DNA of 64,000 bases from Octopus vulgaris (taxonomy: Eukaryota): positions 18,042,001-18,106,000 of the forward strand of contig OX597830.1 in assembly GCA_951406725.2 (NCBI GenBank), given 5' to 3'. Below are positions 50,710-63,689 of the stretch, one piece after another. The position numbers and the translations under genes were made by a program. The notes under the pieces were generated by a model that saw only the letters and a list, made by a program, of their open reading frames with translations, made no database searches and was not told where the DNA came from. The stretch's first letter is position 1, and each line of letters starts with the position of its first letter.

Positions 50710-50970
50710 TTGCCGAACCGCTAAGTTATGAGGACATAAACACACCAGCATCGGTTGTCAAGCGATACACACACGCACACACATACATATATATATACAT
50801 ATATACGACGGGGTTCTTTCAGTTTCCGTCTGCCAAATCCACTCACAAGGCTTTGGTCGGCCCGAGGCTATAGCAGAAGACACTTGCCCAAGGTGCCACG
50901 CAGTGGGACTGAACCCGGAACCATTAGTTTGGTAAGCAAGCTACTTACCACACAGCCACTCCTGCGCCTA
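50710..50970 (-). mobile_element. SINE family A, 5' portion
   Basis: Reverse complement of the family A head and body. Confidence 0.88.
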
Positions 50971-51440
50971 TGTTTGTGTATATATGTGTGTGTGTATGTG
51001 TGTTTGTGTGCGTGTGTGTGTGCGCGCGTAAGTAAAAGAAGTGGGTAGACAGAAAACGTAACTGGTTTGTCATATTTATATAATCTACGCGTGTTTCAGT
51101 TAGCCGACCTATTTTCGTTAATGATGTTGACGAAGTGAGTTGGCTGCATCGCGTCGTGTCATAGGGCCTACCGGCTTACGCAATATCGGCTTACGCAATA
51201 TCGGCTTACGTATACGTTATATAAAGCATAAAACGTCTTTTGTATTCTTTTTTTTTTTAAACGATGATGCAAACTCCGTACACTACTAGCTTATCTGGGG
51301 TTATAAGAGTTCATCGACAAACAACGTCGAACGTAGGAGCGCATTATGTAACTTATCTACTATGTCCCAACCATTATATAATGTGTTGTGTCTCCTACCA
51401 CACCTTTTAAAGTGCATACAAATACGCACATACACACAGA

Positions 51441-51587
51441 GGAAGCTAAATGTTATGGCCAGTCATAGAGTGACCATTGGTATCGCACCTATAAAGCGCT
51501 TAGCAATATAGGCCACTCGTCAGACTCAAGACTTTATAGGTGTGAAACCAATGGTCACTCTATGACTGGCCATAACTTCTAACTTCC
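51441..51587. repeat. Fold-back palindrome with ~55-bp arms
   Basis: gttatggccagtcatagagtgaccattgg / ccaatggtcactctatgactggccataac. Confidence 0.9.
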
Positions 51588-51644
51588 CACCAAAATACAT
51601 TACTGCTCTTATGCTTTAGAGCGTGCCTCTTTTTCGGATACATA

Positions 51645-52138
51645 TTGGACTGTCCGGAAAGTTCGTGCCGATTTATAGTAGCTTACCTTCCGACTTATTT
51701 TAGAACATGGTTGAGTCCATAAAATAGCATTTGACTACACCGCCATTTAGAGCACAGTTAAGCTATCTTTTCGTGGAAGAAGGTTTACGTTCCTGTAACC
51801 TGTGTTAATTCTGTAACCCTTCAAAATGGAAGATAAGAAAGTTCGTTTTCGGCACTTGATGCTTTGGGAACCAGAAAAAAATTGCTGCAGCTCGGCTGGG
51901 ATGTGTTACCACACCCTCCATATTTACCAGATATTGCTCCTTCGGATTTCCACTTATTCAGGTCTCTGCAGAATAGTCTTAATGGTAAAAATTTCAATTC
52001 CATGGATGACGTAAAAAGATACCTGGATGAATTATTTGCCATGAAACCACCTCAATTCTGGGACGAGGGTATTTTCATGTTAAAGGAAAGATGGAGACGC
52101 ATTGTGCAACAAAATGGTTCATATTTGGTTGATTAAAT
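51645..52138 (+). mobile_element. Internally deleted mariner element
   Basis: TA-ttggactgtccggaaagttcgtgccg TIR-like start. N-terminus MEDKKVRFRHLML is joined to C-terminal HPPYLPDIAPSDFHLF. Confidence 0.85.
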
Positions 52139-52263
52139 ATAATAGAATAAGTGCTAGGCTTACAAAGACAAGTCCTGGTGTCGATTTGCTCGACTAAAGG
52201 CGGTGCCTCAGCATGGCCACAGTCAAATGACTGAAACAACGAAAAGAGTAAAGAGTAAACATA

Positions 52264-52318
<55 letters not shown>

Positions 52319-52369
52319 GCACTCACACACACGGACATGCATATATTTGTGTGTGTGTGTGTGTCTGTA

Positions 52370-53810
52370 ATACATCAAGTACAAGACATCACCAACGAGT
52401 GAAAAATACGTAAACAAATGAGAGATAAGTACAGGACAAAATACTAAAAAATACACGATAAGAACAGAACGTCACAAACAAATGAAAAGTACATAAACAC
52501 ATAATGAGAGACAAATACGGGACAAATTAGCAAAAGAAGTTTAAGCCCTCCTCAGTTGTTGACTGTTAATTACTACATATTTCGCGCTTTCAATGACAAG
52601 ATAGGAAACCTTCATAAAACAGCAGCATCTAGACAGTTTAAAAATATATAATTTGTGGGGAGTTAGCGCATGGAACGAACAAACAACGATAGAGTGGACG
52701 TACAGAGTAAACAATCGACGAAGACAAACATTAAGGGCTGTCATGCCAAGATGAATTGTGATGGGTAATGCCTGGGAGAAATTTTGAAAGGATATAGAAT
52801 AAATACAAGAGAAGAAAATAGTAGAAGAGAAAAATGTGTTGAGAGGCGAGAGAAATGACATCCAACTAGATGGACGTCTCGTCCAGAAAAGAACAGAGGC
52901 TAGAGAAATGGCTTGTAGCCATGTGTAAGCAATGGGCAGAGGGGAAGGGAGACTAGAGAGGATGAGAGAAAGAAACAAAGGGAGTGAGGAGAAGGGGGAA
53001 AGAACGAAAGATAGTAGGGAATGGAAGACAGATAGACAGGGGATAACAAAGGAGAGAGAGAACCGAAAAATAAAGAGGGTTATAGAAGGAAAGAGAGAAA
53101 GAAAGAAAGGGAACAGAGAGTAGAGTCGCAGAAATTATAAATAAAAGTAAAAACTTACTGTGGACAAGGCTGCGTGGCGTTCGATTATAAATGAATAAAT
53201 ATAAAACACATCAAGTACAGGACATCTCTAACGAGTGAAAAATACGTAAACAGACGAGAGATAAGTACAGGAAAAAATGCTAAAAAATCTCTTATGATAT
53301 ACACGATAAGAAGAGGACATCACCATCGAGTGAAAAATTTGTAAACACACAATGAGAGACAAGTAAGGGACAAAATGCCGAAAGAAGTTTAAGCCCTCCT
53401 CGGTTGTCGACTGGTAATTACTCCATATTTTGAGCTTCCAACGTTAAGATAGGAAACCTTCATAAAACAACAGTATCCAGACGTTTTAAGAATATAAAAT
53501 TTGCGGAGAGTTAGAGCCTCGAACAAGCAAACAACGACAAAGTGGACGAAGACAACGACAAAAACGACGAAGACAAACGTTAAGGGCCATTAGGTCAAGA
53601 CGCATAATAATGGGTAACACCTGGGAGAAATTTTGAAAGGATATTTATTATAGAATAAATAGAAGATAAAAAATAGTAGAAGTGAAAAAATGTTGGGAGG
53701 CGAGGAAGATGTGAACGTCGCATCCAGAAAAGACATAGGTGAGAAAAATGACCGTCGTTGATTGTTCCTTCGAAGCTCCAACTCTCCACAAATTTTATAT
53801 TTTTAAAATG
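52370..53810. repeat. Two diverged direct repeats (~500 bp) plus a short inverted segment, Penelope pseudo-LTR-like
   Basis: 52370-52900 is similar to 53205-53740. 53760-53805 is the reverse complement of ~53488-53530. The Penelope assignment is inference. Confidence 0.6.
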
Positions 53811-53989
53811 TAAATGACTTTAAAAGAAAAACACTCAAGGAAGTGTTTTTGCGAAAAATTGCACAAATCGGTCCTGAACGAGAGGCCTAGCTGTCGGGGA
53901 AGGCATGGACTGACATGAATTAAACAAAAATTTATATAAGACATTCTGTTGTAAAAATATTGCCCGGCAACGACGGGCTATTCAGCTAA
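53810..53989 (+). mobile_element. Helitron 3'-end remnant
   Basis: gcccggcaacgacgggc hairpin followed by ...cagCTAAt, resembling the other Helitron ends. Confidence 0.5.
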
Positions 53990-54230
53990 TACATACATAC
54001 ATACATACATACATACATACATACATACACACACATACATACATACATACAAACACACACACATACATACATACACACACATACATACATACATACATAC
54101 ACACATACATACACACATACATACACACATACACACACACACACATACATACATACATACACACACATACATACATACATACATACATACATACATACAT
54201 ACATACATACATACATACATACATACATAC
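53989..54230. repeat. (ACAT)n/(AC)n microsatellite
   Basis: Read directly. Confidence 0.95.
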
Positions 54231-55460
54231 AGGGTGCGGTGAATAAGTTGTCCTCTAAATTACGCAAAAATGAAAATAACACTGACATATATATTTACCA
54301 AAATTACATAAAAAAATATCTTGAAATCCTAATGAGTAAATTTATTCAATAACATCATCATTGGCTTCAACCACTTCGGAATTTCTTGCAACTCTTCTGG
54401 ACGGTCTCCTTGTTTAAGTTGGTGAATGCTGCCATAATCCTTGCCTTCAGTTCATCTTTGGTGTTACAAGGAGTTTTGCTGGTCTCTTGCTCAACTGCAC
54501 CCAACACATAATAATCAAGGGGGTTGCGGTCTGAGGAGTTAGGTGGCCAGATGTTAGAGGTGATGTGGTCATAGAAATTGTCTGACAGCCATGACTGGGT
54601 TCTTCTGCTTGTGTGGTATGAGGCAGAGTCCTGTTGCCAGACATAGAATCTTCCAGCTGCCACCCTCTTGACCCAGGACAGCACTACCTCCTCCGGGCAT
54701 TTGATGTAGGCCTCTGTGTTGAGTCTGAGGTTGTGTGGGAAGATGAATGGAGGCATAACGTCGCCATCACTAGTGATCACTCCAAACACCATGATGTTGA
54801 ATGGATATTTGATATTTATCAGTCTTGGTGCATGTTTTGAAGACACGGCAAGCCAACGGTTGTTCTCGTGTGAGGAAAACCAAGGAGGGGATGCTTGAGT
54901 TTGTTCAAAAGCTTAGTAACGTGGTCTTTTCTCTTGTCCTTGATGGCTTGGGATAAAAATTGGCCCTTTCTCATCTTGTATGAGGAATAGCGAATGTCTT
55001 CATGCATTACCTGCCTGCTACTTAGACACTCTCATGTCCTTGGCAACGGAGCTGATTGACTTGGAAGGATCGTTGTCCATTATGGCCTGGATCTCCCCAA
55101 CAAATTTAGGAGTTCATTTCTTATCAGAACGATCAGAGTGAGTCTTCCGAGCTGCCATACCTTCATAATCACCATCAAATAGACTCATCCAACTCTTTCC
55201 AAATCCTCTGCACTATCCCATAGATTGACACCCAAATACTCTGAAATGTTCGTATCAGAGCTTCCGGCGCGAATGCCAAGCAGTACAGCATGTCGTTTCC
55301 AAATTTCTGGCAGAGTGAATTGCGTTATGGAACTGGTTTTCTCACAGACGGTGCCCAACTGACCCTACCATACTGTGTAGTCGACAAACTCAAAAAACAA
55401 TGAATGCGCATGCGCAAAATTAAGAATATAAAATCGTGGCAATTTACCCATCACATCCTG
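54230..55460 (-). mobile_element. Tc1/mariner-superfamily maT (DD37D) element, degenerate
   Basis: ORF 54367-54846 has WQQD-x37-D (NPLDY). Imperfect TIRs cagggtgcggtgaataagttg / caatttacccatcacatcctg flanked by TA. Confidence 0.85.
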
Positions 55461-55981
55461 TACATACATGCACGTACACGCATACAACACACACACACAC
55501 ACACTCATACACACATCATGCTAAGTACCCTCAACTACTGATGGAATCATTAGGAGCGCCATCATGGCATACAGCATATTTTGAGTATTTTAAGGGCCTG
55601 GCAGAAACCATATCTCCCCAGGACCAACTATAGCCAATTTTTTCAGACACAGACTGACAACGGAACGAGAGAGAGAGAAAGAGATACTATAAGACAAGAA
55701 TCGACCGCAATACAGATCTGGTGCTTTATCTATCCTCTCTGAAAGGAGGAAAGACTAAGTCGGCCTCGAAGGGAATTGACATCAGAGCATAGTGACAACC
55801 AGAGTCAATTTGTTTATATCCCCGTAACTTAGTGGTTCGGCAAAAGAGATCGATAGATCAAGTACCAGACTTTAAAAAATAAGTACTTGGTTCGACTAAA
55901 CCCTTCAAGGCAGTAACCCAGTATGACCGCAGTCCAACGAATAAAACAAGAGAAGAGACACACACCCACACATACGTTTAT

Positions 55982-56461
55982 ACCTATTTCTTTGCTACCC
56001 ACAAGGGGCTAAATATAGAAAGGACAAACAAGGACAGACATGGGTATTAAGTCGATTACATCGACCCCAATGCGTAACTGGTACTTAATTCATCGACCCC
56101 GAAAGGATGAAAGGCAAAGTCGACATCGGTGGAATTTGAACTCAGAGCGTAACGGCAGACGAAATACGGCTACGCATTTCGCCCGGCGTGCTAACGTTTC
56201 TGCCAGCTCTCTGCCTTACACCCACATACGTTTATACCTATTTCTTTACTACCCACAAGGGGCTAAAGACAGAGGGGACAAACAAGGACATACAAACGGA
56301 TTAAGTCGATTATATGGTCGCCAGTGCGTAACTGGTACTTAATTTATCGACCCCGAAAGGATGAAAGGCAAAGTCGACCTCGGCAGAATTCGAACTCACA
56401 ACGTAACGCAGACGAAATACCGCTAAGCATTTCGCCCGGCGTGCTAACGTTTCTGCCAGCT
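55982..56461 (-). mobile_element. Two tandem SINE family B copies
   Basis: Units at ~55982-56216 and ~56236-56461, each preceded by cacatacgtttata. Confidence 0.88.
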
Positions 56462-56918
56462 GTGAATTGGTACGTAGAGTTGCACCCCTTCACACGAAAA
56501 AAAGAAGTAACATATCCATTCGAAAAAAATGAAATACGTTCTCTGGGCATCGACATGATCGACTTAAAAAACCCTAGAAGACGGTGCTCCAGCATGCCGC
56601 AGTCAAATTAGCGAAACAAATAAAAAAAATTTTTAAATAAATAATCACTTAGAAGACGATGCAAGCAAATCCGAAACTACGGTTAGAAATGACACCGGTT
56701 GCTTAAATCCGCTTGGATGAGCTGTTTAAGGCGGATCTTATGAATCTTACACGTCGAAAGTGAAAGCTAACGGCTGGAGAGAATTCTTGTTTCTATTTTG
56801 CGATTGGATGCCTCCGTTTTCTAAGACATTCAGTTCGCTAAATGTAAACTCCATACATCTTTCAGCCATGCGTTTATCATGTTCTTAGGGAATAGATAAG
56901 GCTATCGAATGTCTTGGC

Positions 56919-57080
56919 CAGAGGTTCTCAACCGCGATCCACATGGATCTAGGAGTCCGTATAATATTTTTAGGGGTCCACACAAGCAAAATAGTAAATT
57001 GGGGATCCACAAGTAGTATTTTTAGGGGTCCATGAAAAAAATTTTGCTTTAGATGTATTTATTACAAGAAACACCTAGAT
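56919..57080. mobile_element. hAT (Charlie-like) MITE terminal fragment
   Basis: cagaggtttctcaacc terminus and repeated ggggtcca subterminal motifs. Confidence 0.45.
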
Positions 57081-57261
57081 TTCTTTTTTTAACATTATAT
57101 ATATATAGGCGCAGGAGTGGCTATGTGGTAAGTAGCTTGCTTACCAACCACATAGTTCCGCGTTCAGGCCCAGTATGTGACAGCCTGAGCAAGTGTCTTC
57201 CACTATAGCATCGGGCCGACCAAAGCCTTATTAGTGGATCTGGTAGATGGAAAGAAACCCG

Positions 57262-57359
<98 letters not shown>

Positions 57360-58190
57360 GAAAATGGAGGGGATCAATAGGTGATATTCATCAACTTTTA
57401 GACATTATATTATGGCAATTTATTTATTTACTGAAAGGACAATTATAACAATATATATATACACGTATAACATATTATGCTTTACATATATAATATATAA
57501 AATATAAAAAATATCAGTAATTATTAAAACATAGAGCAACAGAAATTGGGATAATATCTTACAGCTGTTTCAGCCAAGAGGTAAAAATACCTCGTTCTAC
57601 TTTTATCCCTCCTGGGGAGTGAAGTAATTAGGAGATGAAATTTGTTTTTAAATTTGTTTTTAAATATTAGCGGAAAATTTCATAAATAGAAAAATGTCCA
57701 TAAGTATTGAACAAAAATATTGAGTAATGTTAGTATGTTCCTAGATTAATTTCCAAGTACTTTTCTCAAAATACAAATATTTAAAAAATTCGCTTTTACA
57801 AGGTGTTTCTTAAAGTCCGATATAAATCAGATGCTAATTGAAGTACCAAACGTAGCAAAAGAGGGAGGAAAAGATTAAGAGATATATGCCACAGAGAGGG
57901 AATACATGACAATAAGCATATGGGAATATGTTTTGTGATATATATATACAGAATCATGTGGAGAATGATGGAATTTGCCAGACATGCCCTTATACATGAT
58001 TTGTCACAGCAGTGCCCTTACCACTCTATCGGGAATTAAGGGCTCGAGGCCCAATTTCGCAGAAGGGAACAGTCAATTAAATCGAACTCAGCCAGATTTG
58101 AACTCAAAACTGAAGACGTAACTAAATACTAGATATTTTGATTATACTTTACCAAGCCCGCTATCCTACTGAGGCTCAGAGAATGCAGTA

Positions 58191-58605
58191 AGGATCTTTT
58201 CGGTTTGAACGGCAGTTTTTTCTAGCGGTCTCATATGAAATTGTCACCCATAATTATGACCCTAGTATCGATCTATTTTAGGATTAGGGTTAGTTAGGGT
58301 TAGGGGTGGAGGGAAGGGTATCTTTTTTTCTTCACAGCTGTAAATAAACCCAATCTGTTTCTTAAACGAGGGACATATTCATACGGCACAGAATGTTGTT
58401 TACCTCAATAGACGTCATTGATTGGTTGAAATTGCAGAAATTGAAGAAAAAAGCAACAAAATATCTTACAAACTATAGAATTTTCTCAATAAAGCCAAGA
58501 GAAAAAGATGTTTTATAAACACATTCTACCAGTATACGAAGTTTTAAATTTTTCAGTTACCTAGAAATTATGTTAAAAAACTGCCGTTCAAACCGAAAAG
58601 ATTCT
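58191..58605. mobile_element. Second copy of the 48101 MITE, opposite orientation, 6-bp TSD (GCAGTA)
   Basis: Same TIRs and body; ttagggttagttagggttagggg inside. Confidence 0.9.
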
Positions 58606-59129
58606 GCAGTAATATAAACAATGGTCAAATAAATAAGGAATAAACGAAAGATGACAAAATTGAGGAGAGTGTGTAGCGCACGTAAGCGAGTGCGACAAGA
58701 CACGGTACTGAAGTGTGGGCGGCGCGAAGGAAAGAACAGAAAATAATGAGAGTGAAAACAGAAATTAAGAGTAGCAATGTGTAAAAACGTGAGGTGAAGG
58801 ATGAGTGATAAAGACTAAGAAGGCGAGTGTGGCAAACGCAATGACATAAAGAAAATATTAGACAGGAGGATGAGAAAGAGTAAGTATGAAAGAGTGTGAG
58901 TGTAAAGTGGCGGAGCAAATTAAAAGAGAGAGGATAATAGAGGATTAGTGAGTGAAGGAGGAGGAGCAAGAGTGGTAAAAAGAAAGTGTGGAAGATAATG
59001 AGTGGGTAGGAATCAAATGATAAGCTAACGTGAGAGGAAGAGGAAGAGGAGGAGCAATAGTAGTAGAGACTGAGTAAGTGAGAGTTAAGTGGAGGAGCAA
59101 AATTTGTAGAGAAAGGGTAATGATAAGTG

Positions 59130-59360
59130 TGAGTGATAAAGAGGAGGAGTAAGAGAAGTAGAGAAAATAAGGGAGAATGTGAGCGAGAGAAAGAGGAGGA
59201 GTAAGAGAAGTAGAGAAAAATAAGGGAGAATGTGAGCGAGAGAAAGAGGAGGAGTAAGAGAAGTAGAGAAAATAAAGGGAGAATGTGAGTGAGAGAAAGA
59301 GGAGGCGTAAGAGAAGTAGAGAAAAATAAGAGAGAATGTGAGTGAGAGAAAGAGGAGCGG
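59130..59360. repeat. Purine-rich minisatellite, ~52-bp unit, about 4 copies
   Basis: gagaaagaggaggagtaagagaagtagagaaaaataagggagaatgtgagc repeated. Confidence 0.9.
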
Positions 59361-59639
59361 TGAGTGTAGTGAAGCAAGTGAGGGAGAGTGAGGAAAAAGA
59401 GTTTGAGTGAAATAAACGAGAAATAGCGTGGAACTGCGTCGCACTGGTACACACAGCTTTGGCTTTTGGCAATGGTTTGCGGAGGATTTGCCTGTTCTAA
59501 AAATGCATTGGCAGCGCTTAATATTCTTTACATTGTAAGTAAATTAATTCATATCGTTTTTTTTATTAAAAAATAACCATTTAAAAACCAAAACAGGCTT
59601 AAAACGAAATTACATTTACATAGATATGTGTGTATGTAT

Positions 59640-60087
59640 GTGCATATATATATAAAATATGCTTATATATAGATATATATATATATATATATAAAATCTC
59701 CAAACCTTCCAATATATATATACACATACATACATAAATACACATATATATATATACATATATATATAACATATATATATACATATATATATAACATATA
59801 TACATATATATAACATATATACATATACATATAACACATATATATATATATACATATATATATACATATATATAACATATATACATATATATACATATAT
59901 ATAACATATATACATATATATATATATACATATATATATATACATATATATACATATATATATATACATATAACATATATATATACATATATATAACATA
60001 TATAGGATCATATATATATATATATAACATATATATATATATACATATATATAACATATATAGGATCATATATATATATATACATAC

Positions 60088-60136
<49 letters not shown>

Positions 60137-60146
60137 TATATATATA
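59640..60146. repeat. Long degenerate (TA)n/(CATA) tract
   Basis: Read directly. A similar tract lies at 60578-60856. Confidence 0.95.
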
Positions 60147-60577
60147 CGTTAGATTAGATGTAAGGTATGTTAGTTGGTATCACGTTTGCGACCGACCCTT
60201 CATCACTGAGACACTTATAGACGAAACGATCGTCTGCCACACATTACAATAAATTGATTGAAATCATCAAAGAAAATAGGTATATATATGTAGATGTATA
60301 TACGTGGTTCACCTGAGCACTATATATACAATAATTTCATTATTATTATGATTACCTATATATATATATATTGTGTTTGTGCGTGTGTGAGAGAGAGAGG
60401 TGTATGTTGTTTTAACACTGGAAATCTTGTAAACAGGATTTAGTACCCGAGATCGAAATTAGGTTGCAGTTTAACTTGCCGCCCTGCAAAATAAAACATG
60501 CCACGAGTACTTGCTGACTATTGACCCCTCCTCTGTCTTCGATTAGTTTTTTTTTTTTTGCTATTCCATGTGGTCGA

Positions 60578-60617
<40 letters not shown>

Positions 60618-60624
60618 ATATGTA

Positions 60625-60701
<77 letters not shown>

Positions 60702-60744
60702 ATATATAATTGCAGTTAACAATCACTTGCTATGCAAGTACATC

Positions 60745-60817
<73 letters not shown>

Positions 60818-60825
60818 TATATATA

Positions 60826-60857
<32 letters not shown>

Positions 60858-62414
60858 AATTTCCTAACGGAATTCTCTCTTTTTCTTCCTTGTTTGTGCA
60901 GAAGTATTTGAATTATAAGTGTTTGTTATTTTTTTTTTATCTATGAGTGTGTTTATTTACAACCATACATAAAAACTGTCGAGTATTATTAACAGAAGGA
61001 TTATTCAGTCCGTTTGAATAAAGTATAAAATGTATTTCTACAAGGTAAAAAGCTTGACAGTGACTTCGAAGACTCACCGTTGGCCGGCTTGTGTGTATGT
61101 ATATATATGTAGGTATGTGTAGATAAATGTGTGTGAGTATATTGAAAGATAGAGACGATCAGATATAGAATGATATACGATTGCCCTCACCTCTGTCAAG
61201 CAATCAAACCAAATCTCATTATATATACAGGTAAAATAGGGTGACTCTAAGGTAAATCTGTGATCAAGTGTGTGAAGTAGTGATTGAAATCTGTAAATTC
61301 CCGTTTCTTCGTCAGCAAACGGAAGATTTCGGGAACATTCTACCTTGTTGCATCATCACTTGCTAGAAATAGCAGCCAGATAATTCATCATAGTACACCT
61401 ACTGCCTTAAACATGGAACGATATGCTGTTTGATATACAACGTATGTTTAGAAAATTAAAACGAAGATATCACAGTTTGAAAGTCTTCGATTATATTATG
61501 TAGGACTGGTTGTTCAGGGCCGATCAGGAGATACACATTATTTCACTCTAGTGAGGTGAAACTACCCAGCTTAGGCCAGCTCAGTCAGGTAGTATCGATT
61601 TCCGAAGACGAGCAATTTCTCGCTTCTCTCGTCGATAATGTCCGGCGGGGTGGTGCGGAGGGTAGTGTAAATATGCATCTCGACTCATCCCTGCCTCCAT
61701 CTCTGGGAATGCTTAATTGCTTGACCTTGTAAATGAAAAAAAAAAGCAACATCAGTTAACAAATATTGTTGTTGTCGATGAGCAAATATTTCCTACATCT
61801 CATCTGAAAGCACCCAAGTCAAGACAACATCATTTGGGTTATGCATACGTGTATTTTTATATCAGTATGAATACTTATTACGTATGTCTTATTAACACTT
61901 GTGTGTAGTCTGTATGTACACACACACACACGTGTAAAAAAGAGAGAGAGTGATCAGTTGCGTTTCTAAGTAAAACAAAGTCCACTCAGAAATATGGTGA
62001 GGGTGTATAATAAAGTTTAAAAGATGGTCGTGTTAATAAAGGATGATCATAAGTGGAACTTTGGTGTGAATTTTTTTTAAAATTTTACACTCATCAAATG
62101 GGCTCCTTATTGCTCTCAAGCTAATTGTGTGTTTGTGTTAGTGTGTGTGTAACAACTGTGTGCGCGTATAATAAAAAAAACTTCACAGGTGGTTTTTCAC
62201 GATCAAAGTTTCTAGTATTCAATGCCCTACTTAATCTTTTATTGGGATTGAATTCTTTGATTATCATCGACCTATCTGACAAGATTCTTCACCGGTATGA
62301 TTCTTAGTCATGGCCTGTAGTGAACCTTTCTCTCTCTCTATCTATATATCTCTATTTATCTATCTATCTCTATTTATTTATCTATCTATCTATCTATATT
62401 TGTCTATCTATCTC

Positions 62415-62519
<105 letters not shown>

Positions 62520-63274
62520 GTGTGTGTTGTCTGTTCTCTGTATTGCTGTATCTTACCATCTCGCTGATCTTCCAATCTATTATTCATTTACGTGCATATG
62601 TAATCAATCACCATTTTTACGTCCGTTTTTCCCCTTCATGGATTCTTCCAGCAAAGCGTCTCGTCACTTGTCATTTGTGTTATTTAATTGACAATGACTT
62701 CCAAGTTTCGCCCGCTCTCTGCCGTATCCGAACTCAGTTTCAGCCGTGACACACCGGTCGAAACTGAAAAAAAAAAAAAGATTTACTGTCAGCTAAAATG
62801 TAATATTAGATTCTCTAAGCATATTGAGCCCTTTTACTCAGTCAATATTCGTTATTTTTTTTATGCTTGTAAAAACACTCAATTTTAACTTAATAAGGTG
62901 ATACACATACACACACACCATACATACATGGTGGGACTTCTATTGTAATTCTGTGCACATCTGGAAATTTTTTATAGGAATATATCAGACACCTGTCCGC
63001 CATCCACTTTTAAGTTAGGTTGGTCTCAATGGGCGAGGTCGTAGTTGTCTCCGAAGCCAAGGTTTCTCGGGTCTTTGGAACGAAAGGGTATTTTATTTAT
63101 ATGTTGCCTTTTGTGTGTGAAAATCGTGTTTTGCTGAATGATGGGTTTTCTAAGAAGCAGATCGGTTTCCACTCATACTCGAGTGGTTTGTGATAGGATG
63201 GGCATCCGGCTGTAAAAACAAATTTGGTTCAGCACTTTGGGAACGACTTGCACTTAACATAGCAGTAAAGATAT

Positions 63275-63321
<47 letters not shown>

Positions 63322-63445
63322 GTATGTATATTTGGAGGGTGAGCCACTATGTGGTCGGCCGTATGCTATATAATATATATATATATATATTTCGTTTTTG
63401 GATTTGGTTTGCAAGATTCTTTATATGAGTTCGTGTGTTGAAGCA

Positions 63446-63636
63446 TATTCTGCTGTGTCTGGGGAGAGTCATTTTCTTTTTGTGCCTTATAGTGTAACTC
63501 ACTCACCGGTAAAATTTTCACGTATTTCTTATTTTTAATTTTTATTTTCCTATAATAAGAAATAAGTGGAAATTTTACCGGTGAGTGAGTTACACTATAA
63601 GGCACAAAACGAAAATGACTCTCCCCAGACAACAGA

Positions 63637-63639
<3 letters not shown>
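63446..63639. repeat. Fold-back palindrome with ~85-bp arms
   Basis: tgtctggggagagtcattttc...accggtaaaatt / aattttaccggt...gaaaatgactctccccagaca. Confidence 0.95.

Positions 63640-63689
<50 letters not shown>

Noticed and set aside
56645-56692. Hammerhead-like GAAACTACGGTTA
   Set aside because: The upstream box reads AAGACGA rather than CTGANGA, and the stems are unconvincing.
58625-59472. Leu/Ser/Phe-rich 275-aa and 175-aa 'membrane' ORFs
   Set aside because: Antisense reading of a purine-rich low-complexity tract and minisatellite.
59599-60946. Many YIYI/VCMY ORFs here and elsewhere
   Set aside because: Stop-free translations of (TA)n, (CA)n and (CATA)n microsatellites.
61550-61720. GC-rich segment with gacgag...ctcgtc stem as a possible ncRNA
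   Set aside because: Only a 6-bp stem and no similarity to an RNA family I recognise.
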